DNA of 64,000 bases. It comes from Camelus dromedarius (taxonomy: Eukaryota). Positions within the stretch are counted from its first letter, which is position 1; every line of letters begins with the position of its first letter. Both the position numbers and the translations under genes were made by a program. Shown here in pieces: positions 1 to 13,299 of the stretch. The stretch is from the NCBI RefSeq assembly GCF_036321535.1, contig NC_087437.1, positions 32,862,001-32,926,000 of the forward strand, written 5' to 3'. The notes below the pieces were generated by a model. That model was not told the DNA's origin, did not search any database, and saw nothing but the letters and a program-made list of their open reading frames with translations.

Positions 1-540
1 TTTTCAGCATGGTTCCACAGGGGTCTCTCCTGTGCCTGGTATAGTGTAGTGGTCAGTGAATGATGCCTCAGGGCAGTAAGGCTACCACACTATGGCTGGG
101 ATGTATACAGATGAGGAATACATTACAAGGTGGAGCTAATTTATGAATGTCCTTTCAATCTTCACTGTGTTCTCTGGGATCTTCTGCACACATGCATAAT
201 TTAGTAGACAGCCAGGAGCATGTGGACAGTTAATAATCTCAACCTTCTATAGCTCTCTCACTTCCAAAATCTCCCCGTTAAAGATCTCATCGTTCTGCTC
301 CTGCCCTGAAGCAAGTCCACTACCTCTGGTGCTGAAGTTGTGGATTTTTGCCATTCAGGCCATGGGGGATGTAATGTTCCCAAGCAGGAAAGACAAAGTA
401 CGCATTCTTATTTAATGAAGTAGCAGTTTACTTTACTAAGTATTTCTCAGGTTGTTGTCTGCCTTTAGTTATTTCCCAGTGCTCTTTAGTCATTTTTTCC
501 AGATTTATAACTATCTCCTTTTGCTGCCATTGCTGGAAGA
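1..540 (-). mobile_element. Possible ancient L1M 5'-UTR fragment
   Basis: Ends in ...gcctttagttatttcccagtgctc...gctgccattgctggaag, resembling reverse-oriented old L1M 5' termini. Highly diverged. Confidence 0.35.
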
Positions 541-544
541 ACAT

Positions 545-903
545 ACCATTGTAACATTTTGGGATGGTTTCTTCATATCTTTGTTCTATGCATCCATATT
601 ATGGTACATATTTCACATAAATCAAATCTAAAGTATGATCTAAGTTTGTATCCTGCGTTTTCATTTAGCAGTATAGTTTGAATAATTTTCAGTGTCATTT
701 TTTTTTGGTAAGCATTTTTAATGGCTACATTATACTGTACTATATCAATAGATTGAGATCAATTTAATTATTCCCCTATTTTTTAGAAATTTACTGGTAG
801 TTGCTTTCAATCATTTTTCAATAATTTGCTCTAGATAAAAATGAACATTTTTGTGCATAGATCTTTGAATCTTTTTTGTTGTTGGGGGGGTAATTAGGCT
901 TGC

Positions 904-943
<40 letters not shown>

Positions 944-1870
944 TGAAGATACTGGGGATCAAACCCTTGACCTTGTGCATGCTAAACATGTGCTCTACCA
1001 CTGAGCTATACCCTCTCCCAGATCTTTGAATCTTAAATCATTACTTTAGGCTAGATTCTTGAAATGAAAATCCTATGTCGAAGGGTATGAACATTTTAAA
1101 TATTTTTAATATATAGTACTCTGTCATTTTCTTGTTGGTAGGCAATTTTGCATACTTAAAATTTTTAACATTGGCATTTTTTTAATAGAAATATTATCTC
1201 ATTAAGTAGAGAACTAACTCATTCTTTATTGTTGGAGATTTAGGTAATTTCACTTTTTTAAAGCAAGTATCTGAAACATTTGAATGATCATAGCTCTCTC
1301 TTACTTTAAATATTTTCTTTTAGGTCTCAAAATTGAAAATACTTTCTCAAAGAGTCTGACTACTTTTAGGGCTCCTTTCACATTTTTCAGACTGCTTTCT
1401 GTAGATGTTGTATCAATTTAAAGATGTAATTTATAAGTGAAGTATGAGAGTTTTACATCATTGGCTAAAATTAACTACTATTTAGGTTTTTCTAATATGC
1501 ACATTTTAATAATAATAACAACAACAGATGATTCTACCAAAGAAATCTAAGGAGAGAGTTTGACCAGCTGTCTTTTTTACTCTGTGAGTTGTCTTATGCT
1601 CTTTCTTTCTCTAATCTTTTAGAAATTTGTGATCTTGTTATCAACTTTTAGGAGCTGTTTTGAAATGGAGCTATAAACTTTTGGTTAAATTTATTGCTAA
1701 TAATTTCACTGTTCACTCTGTTGCCATTTTATTTTAGTTCTATGTTGCTGGGTACTTTTTATATAAAATTGAATATTTTTATGCAGTCAACCCTGCCAGT
1801 CTTTGTCCTTTATGATTTCTTCTGTTGCTTTTAAGCCAGAAATGTCAACCTTACCCCAATGTGAGTTTTG
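545..1870 (-). mobile_element. Degraded ancient L1 (L1ME-like) 3' region, interrupted by the SINE
   Basis: T-rich, with motifs such as atgaacatttttgtgcat, ctagattcttgaaatgaaa, tcaaccctgccagtctttgtcctttatgatttct. Confidence 0.45.
874..1019 (-). mobile_element. tRNA-Ala-derived SINE (camelid vic-1 type)
   Basis: Minus strand reads GGGAGAGGGTATAGCTCAGTGGTAGAGCACATGTTTAGCATGCACAAGGTCAAGGGTTTGATCCCCAGTATCTTC, then (TAAA)n and a CCTAATTACCCCCCC tail. Perfect 15-bp TSD AGATCTTTGAATCTT at 859-873 and 1020-1034. Confidence 0.9.
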
Positions 1871-1880
1871 TCTTATTTTG

Positions 1881-1958
1881 TTAAGTTAAACCAAATGAAA
1901 TTGCCAGTTTATAGTTTAAAAATTATAGTGTATCAATATTTCATAAGACTTTACCTTA
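1881..1958. mobile_element. MADE2-like Mariner MITE
   Basis: About 80 bp with degenerate TIRs ttaagttaaaccaaatgaaattgcc ... atatttcataagactttacctta. Confidence 0.7.
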
Positions 1959-4889
1959 AGGGTTTAAAAAATATTTTATTCCTCATGGCATTATGAATAA
2001 ATAAGAGATAAAATATATGCAAAACCAATATTGAACAAAATTACATTTTTCAAGAATGTGAAAAATCAGCTGCCATTTTGGTAGAGTGGTCAATTGGAAA
2101 AAAAGTGGCAGTTAAGTCAAATGTTAAAGAGTTGGTATTATCTTACTTCAGTTACTATGATTATGTATTGTTTAGTTGTCCTTTTATAAAAGGTGTTTTT
2201 TAAAGTGTATACAGCAATACTTTTGATTATAGGATTTTTTTTTTTTTGGTGTGGCAGTTTTCATGAGTTAAAATAGGGTTTAGGTTACCTCATTTTTTAG
2301 ATCAGCAAGGAGAGATCAGGAGAGTAGCAAAAAAAAAAAAAAAAGAGAAGAATCTGATTACTTTAGAAAGAAAGCCCAAGAAATAATTATTGATTACATA
2401 TATGTACATTACTTGAGCTCTACATTAGAATTCTAAAAGAAAAATAGTAACGTAGGTTAGAAATCAAGGCTCTGTCAATACATTTTAATCATGACCAACA
2501 ACACCCATGGTTTTGAGCTTTCCTTAAGCAGAGATCATTAATTATGATGAATAGTGAAGTGGTTTTGTGATTAGACTAATGTCAGCTGAAAAACCAATAT
2601 TTGATCAGCTACATCATTTTCACTTATTACTTAAGCCAGTTATTGACCACAGGTCTCCTGAGGGAAAAGGCTGGTACATTTATCTATCATAAAATTCACC
2701 TCTTAGCAAAATACGTCTTTAACCTCATGGTGGTATCAAGAATGGGTGTCAAATGTCATATTATAGGTAAAACTTAAATCGTTTTTGCAGTTTTTAGAGC
2801 AAGCTTTTAATGCACTAAAATGTGGCATAGACATACTTTATATTGAACTGTAAAAAATGCAATAGTCTTCAAAGTTTTTACTTTATTCTCCAACCTTTAA
2901 AGACTTTTCCTTTTGTCATAAAACCTATTTTACCTGGTCCATCTGATGAAATCCTACTTGGAAGACACAGGAAGGATTAAGGGTAGAGTACAAAATAAAA
3001 GTTGTTACTGTTTTATCATATTATTTAGTTCTTTCTAGGATATGCATTTTATTTTAAAGTTTTTTTATTTTTAAATTTTTTATAAATCTAGATCATTTTA
3101 CATACATAGTTCTACAGTCTAAAAATGTAATTTTAGCATTTCCCCATGTTATTTCATGTCTTTAAAACATTTTAAAAAATTGATCACTGTGCTGCTTCCA
3201 TCATGGGGTTAGACTACAATTTATTTAATCATTCACTTTTGGGGGATACTTTCCTGTTTTTCAGAAACATTGTGATGAGCATGCTTTACATGGATGAGGA
3301 AACTGAAGCCCTTAGAGTTTACACAGTCAAGACTAGAATACATTTCTGACGCACAGTCAGTCTTTTGCCTTTTTCTTTTGGGCGTATAAAACTTGGGTAC
3401 ATGTGAAACATACCCTGTATGCAGATATTCCATCTAGAAAATCTTTTGGTGAATCTTTCCAGTTAAATAGATTATTTTCTACAACATGTTCATAGAAACA
3501 TAAGTAAAATAATTTGACCTTTTGTAGGCTATCTGCATCATTGTCCATTTTAAGCACAATGGTTCAGACAACTGAATTTAATCAGTGTTTTTGAGGAGAA
3601 AACATGTTTTAAAAAACCTTCTAGTACTTTTACCTCTTGTCTTTTAGAGGTGAAAACACTTCAAAAAATAATTTTGGAAGATCTTTAGAAGCAAAGTAAA
3701 GTAGCTTCATTCAAAGATAGAAATTATAACTTGGAATAAAATAGAAAAGCTTTTGTCAAGAGAGTTAAAAACTTACGTGAAGTCAGTCAAGCAAAGAGAA
3801 ATAGGTAGACTAGTCCAGATGATTTGTACTGCAGAGAACACCATTCCCCTCTCAGCAGTCGCGAGATGATACAAAGGGAAAAAGACAAAGTCAAAAAACA
3901 GAAAGAAAAGTAGTCACAGGGAATAAGTTTCTTAGAAATCGCTGTTCCAATGCTACAAAGAATTTTAAAAATAGGAAGTATTATTTTAAACTGAATCCTA
4001 AAAGGATCAGGGAAGACATTTATGTAATTCTTTAAAATAATATCTCATAGATCATCTTAAAATGTTAATATTTATGGACTAAAAGATGTGCTGATACTTA
4101 AAATTATGATAGCATCATTATAGCCATCTACTTTTGCTAAAAACACCAAGATACTGAAACAGAGTTTAGAACCATATGAATGTTTTCCCTTTACATATTA
4201 CCACACACTTCCTCATTTTAGAAAAAATTTAGGAAACTTTTAATTATTTGTGCCTTACCTTTTATATATAAACAGCTGTATTATTAAATCTAATTTTGTT
4301 TTAACCTCAATGTCATGTCTAGAAGTATTAATAAAATAACCTGTTTTGCATAGAACTATTTTAGAATTTCTGACAGGCCTAACAAATAACTAGTGCATAT
4401 AAAAAGCCCTCATTTCTTCCTTTTGTGGGAGAATCTCTTGGTTCAGCTGTCTCCCCCACCCTCAACAGCCACATTTTCTGACAGGGGAATGTTAAGTAAA
4501 CTTTACTGCTCTGTGGTGCAATTATGTAGCCATTACACATAAGTGATGGTTTGGGTTTGTTGTTTCTTCCATTTCTGTTTGTTTTAAGCTTATAAACTTT
4601 CATTAAATTAGCCAAACTTCTTTCCCTTTCTCCCTGCCTACATTAGTTTCACAGAGGGGAGAGAATTTCTACTTCATCTACCTAGCTTCCGTATAAAGCA
4701 ACTTCCTTGCCAAATCTTAAACCTTCTTCCTAAGTTTTGTTAAAAGACAGTTTAAGTAGTGATTTTGAGTACTGTATGAATTGCTTAATAGTCCATCCTG
4801 TATACAACCAACTTGGTGGGCCTGGACAAAGATGGTGGCACTTCTACAACTAAGGATGACTGGAGAAACGGAAATTCCAACTAGAGGGT

Positions 4890-5200
4890 TCTGCATGAGG
4901 AGAGCAATGGGAGAAAAATGTAGGGCATGGTTGAGAAATAGTGAGAGGCCATGTATTGTTGAAATGTTGGATATGAGTACAGAAATGGTTGAAAAATAAG
5001 GATAGAAGAATAAGGTCGAGATATACTGATGGCGTTGAAAAGTAAGGTAATAAGTTTATGCTTAACTCTGGAAGCAATGGAGGGTCACTGATGAATTATT
5101 TATGCAACAACTTAATTAGAATCTTACTTTGTGAAGATAACTTTAGCAGTTGTATATAGGAGGAAAAAGCTAAGTGGAAAGGATACAGGTATGGTAGTCT
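4890..5200 (-). mobile_element. L2 fragment
   Basis: Purine-rich, with L2-like ggaagcaatggagggtcactgatgaatt...gaagataactttagcag. Confidence 0.45.
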
Positions 5201-5204
5201 AGAT

Positions 5205-5330
5205 TGGGGGTCAGCCTTTTCAATAAAGGGCCAGATAAATATTTAGGCTTTGTGGGCCATACTGTACGACAACTACTCAACCTTGCCGCCTGCAGCCATA
5301 GACAATGTATAAACAAATATGCCTGGCTTA
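5205..5330 (+). mobile_element. MER58A-like hAT-Charlie MITE (partial)
   Basis: aaagggccagataaatatttaggctttgtgggccatac...caactactcaacc...gcagccatagacaat. Confidence 0.85.
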
Positions 5331-6074
5331 TGTATTTGTATAGTTATGAGCAATATCATTTTGTAGGCACTAGTATTGGGTTGTGAATATGGGTTTCTTA
5401 AACAGACCCTGAAGGATGTTGTAACTTTAGATTCAGAATCACCTCTTTAAGTTCTTCAATGTGAAAATGGCATCTTTCTAGGTTTTTAGTAAAGAAAATA
5501 GCTGTAAGTAACTTTTTTTTTTGCAAACCCCTTACTTAAACTGTTTAGAGAAAATGTTTGATTAAAACTCTGAAATGAATTTACTATTGGGAATGGAAAT
5601 ATATGTTATTAATTCTATTCTTTTCTTTTCTGGTGTTTATTTAAACTAACTTGGTGCTAAGTTCTAGAGGCAAGATAAATCTACTTTTGAGCTAGTTGTA
5701 ATATTTCTAGCTTAGACCTTGATCCTAAGAGATAGAATTATAGTAACTGTTAAAATGAAATGTAGCCAGAAATATGATAAGCTGTTGATATGTGTCTCTG
5801 TCATACTGAGATTGCATTTACTTTAAAGGAAACGGCACAGTACCTGCACTACAAATATGTTTAATATTTTTAAAGTTACTCAACTGAAAAAGCTTGATTA
5901 AAATGAGCTTCTTAGATGGCACTCAGTCTTTAAGATCATTAATGGTAGCATCCAAAAGACTAAAGAAAATTTAGTTTTAACTTTATATAGTCTTTTCTGG
6001 CAATTAGAAATTATGAGATTTATCTCCTCCCCCCCCCCCATGATAGTTAATAAACAAATGAATCTCAAGTTATG

Positions 6075-6303
6075 TGGCAGTATAGTGTTGCTAAGAACAT
6101 AGATTTTGTGGTCTGGGTTAAAATTCAAGTTCTGCCACCTTATCATCTTTGTGACTTAAGGTAATTTATTCTTCATCTAAAGGATAGCATTAAATGCCTG
6201 TCTTGTTAGGATTGTTATGAGAATTTTGTTAAATGAGATGTATGTAAATTGCTTAGCACAGGGTCTGGAATGTTATAACCAGACAATAAATGACAGCTAT
6301 TAT
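6075..6303 (+). mobile_element. MIR SINE
   Basis: ggcagtatagtgttgctaagaacatagatttt...ggattgttatgagaat...aaatgagatgtatgtaaattgcttagcacag. Confidence 0.8.
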
Positions 6304-6689
6304 ATTTTTTCAAAAAAGAAGTTAATTTTTTTTCAGGTAGTTTATACTTTCTTTCAGGAATGTCTGTAGTGTCCCTGGGAAAGATATGGCACTTAGAAAT
6401 TATCACTTATATATACATTTGAACCTCATGTGTTCACTAAGAATTGCCATTTTATTTTCAAACAGGTTGATTAAAAAACTTAACTAATTACATGCAGATT
6501 ACATAGTTCATTGTTACTATTTGTTAAAATTTCCTTAATACCATTATTCTCTCAAACACCCAGCTGTTTGAATTAGGTAAATTCTTCATAACAGATAAAA
6601 TTCTGTGAAATTTGTACTTCAAAATTAATATATATATAGATAATTATAAGGATTCTAAAATTTTCAAGAAAGTTTATTTCAAATATATA

Positions 6690-7010
6690 CTTACCCAGCA
6701 TTGACTGTTTTCCAAACGTTATCCTAGGTGCTAATGATACAGAGATGAAAGACAGTTACTGCCTTAAAGAAGCTGGTAGTCTTCAAAGAAGGAAAGATAG
6801 ACAACAAAATAAGTAATTATACTGAAGATGTGTTGGTACACGCATGCCTAGGACATTACAGGAACACAGAGCAGAGAATTGCAACCATCATGAAAGGAGT
6901 CAGAGAGAAAAGCTGAAACTGATAAAGTTTTCAGGAGGTGGCTTCTCTTGAGATGAGCTTTGAAAGAACATAGCTTAGGTAGGAAAAGGAAATAGAAGTT
7001 GTCCAGACAA
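6690..7010 (-). mobile_element. L2 3' fragment
   Basis: tcctaggtgctaatgatacagagatgaaagacagttactgccttaaagaagct...gagatgagctttgaaagaa. Confidence 0.6.
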
Positions 7011-7134
7011 AGGGAACTAATAGGTTTTTGGTACAGATAATGTATTTTTATTAGCATGCATTAGAAAAAGTGGCCATGTGACTTCAGGTAAGTAACTTTA
7101 CCTCATAAGGCCATTGTCAGTATTAAAAGAAATG

Positions 7135-8690
7135 ATAACCTTCCTATTCTAGTGAAGAATGGAATAACAGGTCAGATTTACCCTCCCACCTCAAACAGCT
7201 AAAAACCTGCTCAAATTATTTGAAGAAACAGCTCTCAAGACAGTGGACATCAAATATGAAAGACAGTGATTCCTGAGAGATGGGGAAGATGAGGTGAGCC
7301 CTTCAATTGCTCCATCCTAAGGCATAGAGAACTTTTCCAGGTCATGCCACAGCAAGGGGAGAACCTAGATAGAGCCTGGTAGTCTCCTTGAGTTGAGAAG
7401 ATGGAGCTGGGATAGCAGGGAGCTAAAGCCTCTAGAATTCACAGGACAGGTTACCACAGAAGAGTGAGCTACAGAAGATTGACAGAGGGCCCCTCAAGTA
7501 CTCAGCAGACTGCTTATCAATATATACGCATCAGGAAACTATCCAAAGCTTGGGAAAAGAACCACGTGAAGTGATTAGAGGAAATTGTACCTCCCACTCA
7601 TGCAGAGTTGGGAATAATGCTGTTCCCAACAACCAGTATGGAAAACCTCCTAATTTCATGGTGCTTCCAATCAAGTACTAAAAATGTCTTATCTCAATAG
7701 TAAGGAAAAATTAACTACAGACTTAAAGTTGTTCTGGTCCTGCCTAACAAAGCCAGAACTGAAAGGATCAAACTGTTTCCAAGTGATTTGACTGTGTCCC
7801 AGAACACAGACCAAGATAATTTATAGGAATACAGAAATATCCAGCACATAACAAAAAATAAAGTTCTTGATGTCTGACCTTCTAACAAAAATTACCATGT
7901 ACCCATGACACCAAGAAAATATAACATGTAATAGAAAAATACATTAGTTGAAACTGACTCAGAATTGACACAATAGGAGAATTAGTAGACAAAGACATTC
8001 ATAGAATTATTATAACTATATTTCATACAGAGAGCTGCTAGAAAGACTGAATATATTAAGTGGAGACATGAAAGCTATAAAAATAAAAATTCTAGACATG
8101 AAAACTATATGACTGAGATGAAAATTACGTTGGATGAGATTAATGGATTTGATACATTGCAGGCTATGGATTAGTGAACTAAAAGACATAGCAAAAGAAA
8201 TGATCTAAAGTTAAACTGAAGAGAAAAAGACTGAAAAAAAAAAACCCACCCCAAAACAAACAAAAAAGAGCATTTCTGATGTGTGGTACAATTTCAGGCA
8301 GCCAAGTATACAACATTCATGCCACTGGAGTCCTGAAAGGAAAGGTGAGAAAAAGAGGTGACAGATACAGATAGATAGGCAGATAGACAGAGGTAGATAG
8401 AGATAGATAGATAGAGATATAGAAATATAATGGAAGATATTATGACTAAAATACTTCCAAGCTTGATAAAAACTATAAACCAGCGGTTCCAAGAATCTCA
8501 AAAAGCCCCAAGCACAAGAATGTGAAGAAAACTACACCAAGGCAATTCATAATCAAACTGCTTAGAATCAGTTACGAGAAGAAAATCTTAAAAGCAAATA
8601 GAGTAAAAATATCATTGTTATTATGGTGAGGGAACAAAGATAACTATGGAAGCAGATTTCTCAGCAGAAACAATGCAAAGTACAAGAATA
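7135..8690 (+). mobile_element. Old L1 (L1MC/L1MD-type) 5' UTR and ORF1 remnant
   Basis: A-rich decayed ORF1 motifs (gatgagattaatggatttgatacattgcag; aaaactacaccaaggcaattcataatcaaactgct; gcagatttctcagcagaaacaatgcaa). Confidence 0.8.
8361..8422. repeat. Imperfect (GATA)n microsatellite
   Basis: acagatacagatagataggcagatagacagaggtagatagagatagatagatagagatatag. Confidence 0.85.
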
Positions 8691-8700
8691 AAATTTTAAA

Positions 8701-9175
8701 GAAAAAAAAAAAGAATAAGATGATGCCATTTGCAGCAACATAGATAGACGTGGAGATTGTCTTACTAAGTGAAGCGAGCCAGAAAGAGAAAGAAAATTAT
8801 CATATGATATCATGATATCACTTATATGTGGAATCTAAAAAAAAAGTTACAAATGAACTTATTTACAAAACAGAGACCAATTCACAGACATGGAAAATAA
8901 ACTTATGGTTATGGGGTTGTGGGAAAGGGGGGTGGGGAGGATAAATTGGGAGTTCGAGATTTGTAGAGACTAACTACTATATATAAAATAAATAAGGTCC
9001 TACTATATAGCATAGGGGACTATATATTCAAAAGCTTATAATGGCCTATAATGAAAAAATATGAAAAGGAATATATATATAAATATATATTATATATATA
9101 AATGAATCACTACGCTATATACCAGAAATTAACCCAACATTGTAAATCAACTATACTTCAATAAAAATAAATTAA
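8701..9175 (+). mobile_element. Artiodactyl/camelid-type L1 3' end (end of ORF2 plus 3' UTR)
   Basis: atgccatttgcagcaacatagatagacgtggag...cacttatatgtggaatctaaaa...acattgtaaatcaactatacttcAATAAA. Confidence 0.9.
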
Positions 9176-9179
9176 GTAA

Positions 9180-10146
9180 GAAATAAAAGGCATCCAAATT
9201 GGAAAGAAAAAAGTAAAATTGTCACTATGGAAGACATGATTCTGTATGTATAGAAAACTCTAAAGTCTACCAAAAACTATTAGGAATAATAAATAAATAT
9301 AGTAAAGTTGCAGGGTACAAAATCAACATAAAAAAATCGGTTATGTTTCTATATGCTAACAGTAAGTAAGCAGAAAGAGAAATTAAGAAAACAATCCCAT
9401 TTGCAATTGCAGCAGAAAGAATAAAATGCCTTGGAGTAACTTTAATTAAGGAGGTGAAAAATCTGTATACTAAAAATTATGACATTGTTGAAAGAAATTG
9501 AAGTAAATGGAAAGATATTCCATGGCCATGGATTGGAAGAATTAACATTGTTTAAGTGTCCACATTACCCAAAGCAATCTACAAGGTCAGTGCAATTCTT
9601 ATCAAAATCCTAAAAACATTTTTCACAGAAATATAACAAAAAATTCTAAAAATGTTTTCAAAAGACCTCAAATAGCCAAAGCAATCTTGAGGAAAAAGAA
9701 CAAAGCTGGAGCTCTCACATTCCCTGATTTCAAAATATCTTACAAAGCTGTAATAATCAAAACAACCTTGGCATAAAAACAGGTACGTAGATCAATGGAA
9801 CAGAATTGAGAGCACAGAAATAAACCCACACGTATATGAACAATTTACAACAAAGGAGCAAAGAAGCTACAATGGAGAAATGATGGGCTTTTCAATAAAT
9901 TTTACTGGGAAAACTGGACAACCAAATGCAAAAAAAAAAAAAAAAAAAAAAAGACTGCTATCACCCAGCATTCACAAAAATCAACTCAAAATAGATTAAA
10001 AACCTAGACCTATAAAACTCCTAGAAGAAAACATAGGCAGTATACTCTTTGACATCCATCTTAGCATTATCTTTCTGGATTTGTCTTCTCAGGCAAAGGA
10101 AACAAAGCAAAAATAAACAAATGGAATTACATCAAATTGAAAAGCT
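9180..10146 (+). mobile_element. L1 ORF2 (reverse transcriptase region) fragment, disrupted
   Basis: Decayed [47 protein letters not shown] motifs with frameshifts. Confidence 0.92.
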
Positions 10147-10280
10147 GTGAGGGCCTAATAGTCTTCTAATACTATTTGTCTACAAAATTTGAAATATTTC
10201 ATCTAAAGTTTCTCTTCAAATAGGAGGTTTCAGTACCCCAATTCTTATAAGTAGGGCAAAGGTGATTACATATAATATAC

Positions 10281-10988
10281 TTTTAAATTTTGTTTTTATG
10301 GTACTAAAATACTTTTAACAAAATTTACCATCTTAATCATTTAAAACATTTTAATTTTTCTTTTTTCCCAGTTCGGTGGCATTAAATACATTCACACTGT
10401 TGTACAGACATTACCACTATCCATTCCCATAACTTTTCATTTTGTGAAACTGAAACTCTACACACAGTAAATAATAACTCTTCATAGCCCCTTCTCCCCA
10501 ACCTCCTGGCAACCACTATATCCTTTGTATCTTTATGATATCAACTATCCTAAGTATCTCATATAGGTAGAATCATATACTATTTGTCTTTTTGTGACTG
10601 GCTTATTTTACTTAGCACAGTGTCCTCAAGGTTCATCCATATTGTAGCATATTATAGAATTTCCTTCCTTTTTAAGGCTGAATAATATTTCATTGTATGT
10701 TTATACCACATTTTGCTTATCCACTCATCTATTGATGGACACTTGGGTGCTTCCATGTTTTAGTTGTTGTGAATAATGTGTCAACATGTGTGTGCAAGTA
10801 TGTCTTCAAGATCCTACTTCCAGTTCTTGGGGTATGTACCCAGATGTGGAATTGCTGCATCATATGATAATCCTATTTTTTAGTTTTTTAGGGAACTGCT
10901 ATATTGTTTTCCACAACATGGTACCATTTAAATTCCTATCAACAGTACAAAAGAGTTCTGGTTTCTCCACATTCTTACCAACACTTGT
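10281..10988 (-). mobile_element. L1MB-type 3' end
   Basis: aaaatttaccatcttaatc...gtggcattaaatacattcacactgttg...ttccttcctttttaaggctgaataatattt...tttctccacattcttaccaacacttg. Confidence 0.9.
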
Positions 10989-11039
10989 GCTGTGTGCAAG
11001 ATGCTACAGGAACAGGTGCTATGCTGCCTGCCACATGGC

Positions 11040-11250
11040 TGGGGGTAGGGGATGGGTAACTGCTACTGTGCTAATAGCTAAATTGACCTAAATTAACTGT
11101 AATTTAGTGTCCAAGTCTTCCCCTGGTAGTTGCAAGCTTTCAACAGAATCCAGAATTCCAAAATAGTTATGTCAGGCAGTTTCTGCCAGTGCAGTTATTG
11201 TCTAGATGGGGAGACAGATTCCTGGTGCTTCCTACTCTCTGAGAATCCTC
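11040..11250 (-). mobile_element. Old L1M 5' terminal fragment
   Basis: ccagaattccaaaatagttatgtcaggcagtttctgccagtgcagttattgtctagatggggagacagattcctggtgcttcctactct resembles the recalled L1MB/L1M4-type 5' terminus. Confidence 0.65.
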
Positions 11251-13299
11251 TCTCTCACTCTATTTTTTTTTTTTTTTTTTGCATAAAGAGAGCATATGAT
11301 AATATAAAATTGAGAGTAATAGCTGAAAACCATATAATCCAGTCTTAATTTTGATTTTGTGAAATGATATTTCTAAGCTTGAGTTCTCTTCTTGCCCAGC
11401 CACAGTCTTTCTTTCAGACTTTATACTTCCCTGTCATTAACAACTCCAAAATTGTGGTTTCAGCTGGAATGGCTATGGCTTTTTCAACTTTCAGAATTTC
11501 TGTAGTGGTAGCCAGGGCTTAGGGAGTTGAATATGAATGGAAGTGAGAAGGGTGAGCAAATAGTTTAAATAGTTCAGTGTGTAAAGTGGTTTATATAAGG
11601 ATAGGCTTCTTTTTGCTTCTCTCTCTCTCTTTTTTAATTTTTAATATAGTCTTGTCTCAAAGGATTATGCTGGTTTGGAATGTTAACTTAAGAGGCAGTA
11701 TTTTGAGAATCTAGGCATGCAGTCTATTTATAAGGAACTCAGGGGATTGGACTAAAGAGTACATCTAAAGTCGAAGGAAAAAGTCTACACATTGAGGATG
11801 GTCACCTCCACAAAACATCAAGAGTCTAATCTATCTTTTGGTTTCATCTTAGGAACTTTGGGTCTCCTTAAGAAAGTGAATACTCTTGTCTCAAACTAGG
11901 ACTTACAAATGGAGTTATGTAGGTATACTTGGCTACCAAAGGGAAGGAAGGGAGGAGGGCACTTCTGTAGAATCCATGGCAATAGAAAGACTACAAACCC
12001 CTTTCTCCCCAACAAAGGACCCCTATTAGTTTAAAAAATTTAAGCCCTATATGATATAAAAACTTACAGTAAAAATTCGTACTATTTTACTTTTCCATTA
12101 ATGTCAATGATAGTATTTTTTAAGGGAACAATATTTATATTCTCTGTAATTCAGTTTCAGTAATATTTGTTTATCTAATTATGTATTACTAATTTTCATG
12201 TAAGGAATATTATTTTTAATGGAATATAATAATTTTTCTCCATAAGTTCACTTCATACAATATAATTGTGACATTGTGCTCTTAAATATGTCCTCATTTT
12301 ATAATTCTTCTATTGAGAAATTGCTGTAATCCATGCATTTATATTTGATAATAGTTTCTTATTTATTGAATAAAGTTTATTTTCTGGTTTAAATAACATT
12401 AGTACCTTTTACTAATTTTAGATGGAATTCATACCAATCCCTGGAGTCTAATACACTCTAAAATAACTAAAATATTAAAAATATTGGCACTCAAGCCCCA
12501 AGAGTATTTTCATTCTAAGTCATAATGATACCTAACTAAAAATGGATTAGTATAAAATGTTCTTTATCTCTATATTCTGCATCTTCTTTCTTCTTAATCT
12601 TTTCTTAAAATGTAACTATAAATAGCAATCAGAATGATGGCAACATAAATCAGGCTGCCTCCTCTCCCTTTCCAGCTCCAACTGATCTACTTTTTCTGAG
12701 TCAGGCAGCTACTGATGCAGATAGGCAGGTGGGACCTGGGAGGTTTCAGCCAAAAGACCTATTGTATATACTATGTATATATATATATATTCTTTCCCTC
12801 TTCTGGGTCAAACTCAAGGCTGAAACATTGTAGAGGAGCACTTGTAAAGGATTTAAAGGGTAGGTGACTGACAGAAAAAGACTGCAACCAAGAATCCCCT
12901 AGCCATTCAAATTATTCAACAGGTATGGTAAAAGAAAGATATTTGCAGGTGGATAACAAGTCAGAGAACATTCACATCTGAATACCCTATCCAAGAAAAA
13001 TGCTTGAGCATTGAATCAAATATTTTAAGAGTAAAAATATTTATAAAAGGCAAGTTACTTTTAAAGGTCTGGCAAATCTAACAATATATTTATCCCCATA
13101 GTTGGAATTGATCTCCATATTTTGTAAATAAAATTTAGCAAGTTATATTTGTATAGGCAAATATACTGTCTTGGACAGTTTTTTTTAACAGAATCAGAAA
13201 CCTATCCTTATGCTTTTTATCTGTGAAATTAATTGCTTTGTCTTCATGAATATCCTAGTAATTTAGTTGGAAGGATCCAAAGATTTGAAGTCACCACGT

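Noticed and set aside
945..1019. tRNA-Ala(AGC) gene
   Set aside because: Mismatched stems, a SINE tail and a flanking TSD mark it as a retroposed SINE.
12660..12735. Cryptic exon (ctctccctttccag ... gcag/gtggga)
   Set aside because: Plausible splice-like motifs but a weak donor and no coding similarity. Such pseudo-exons are common in long introns.
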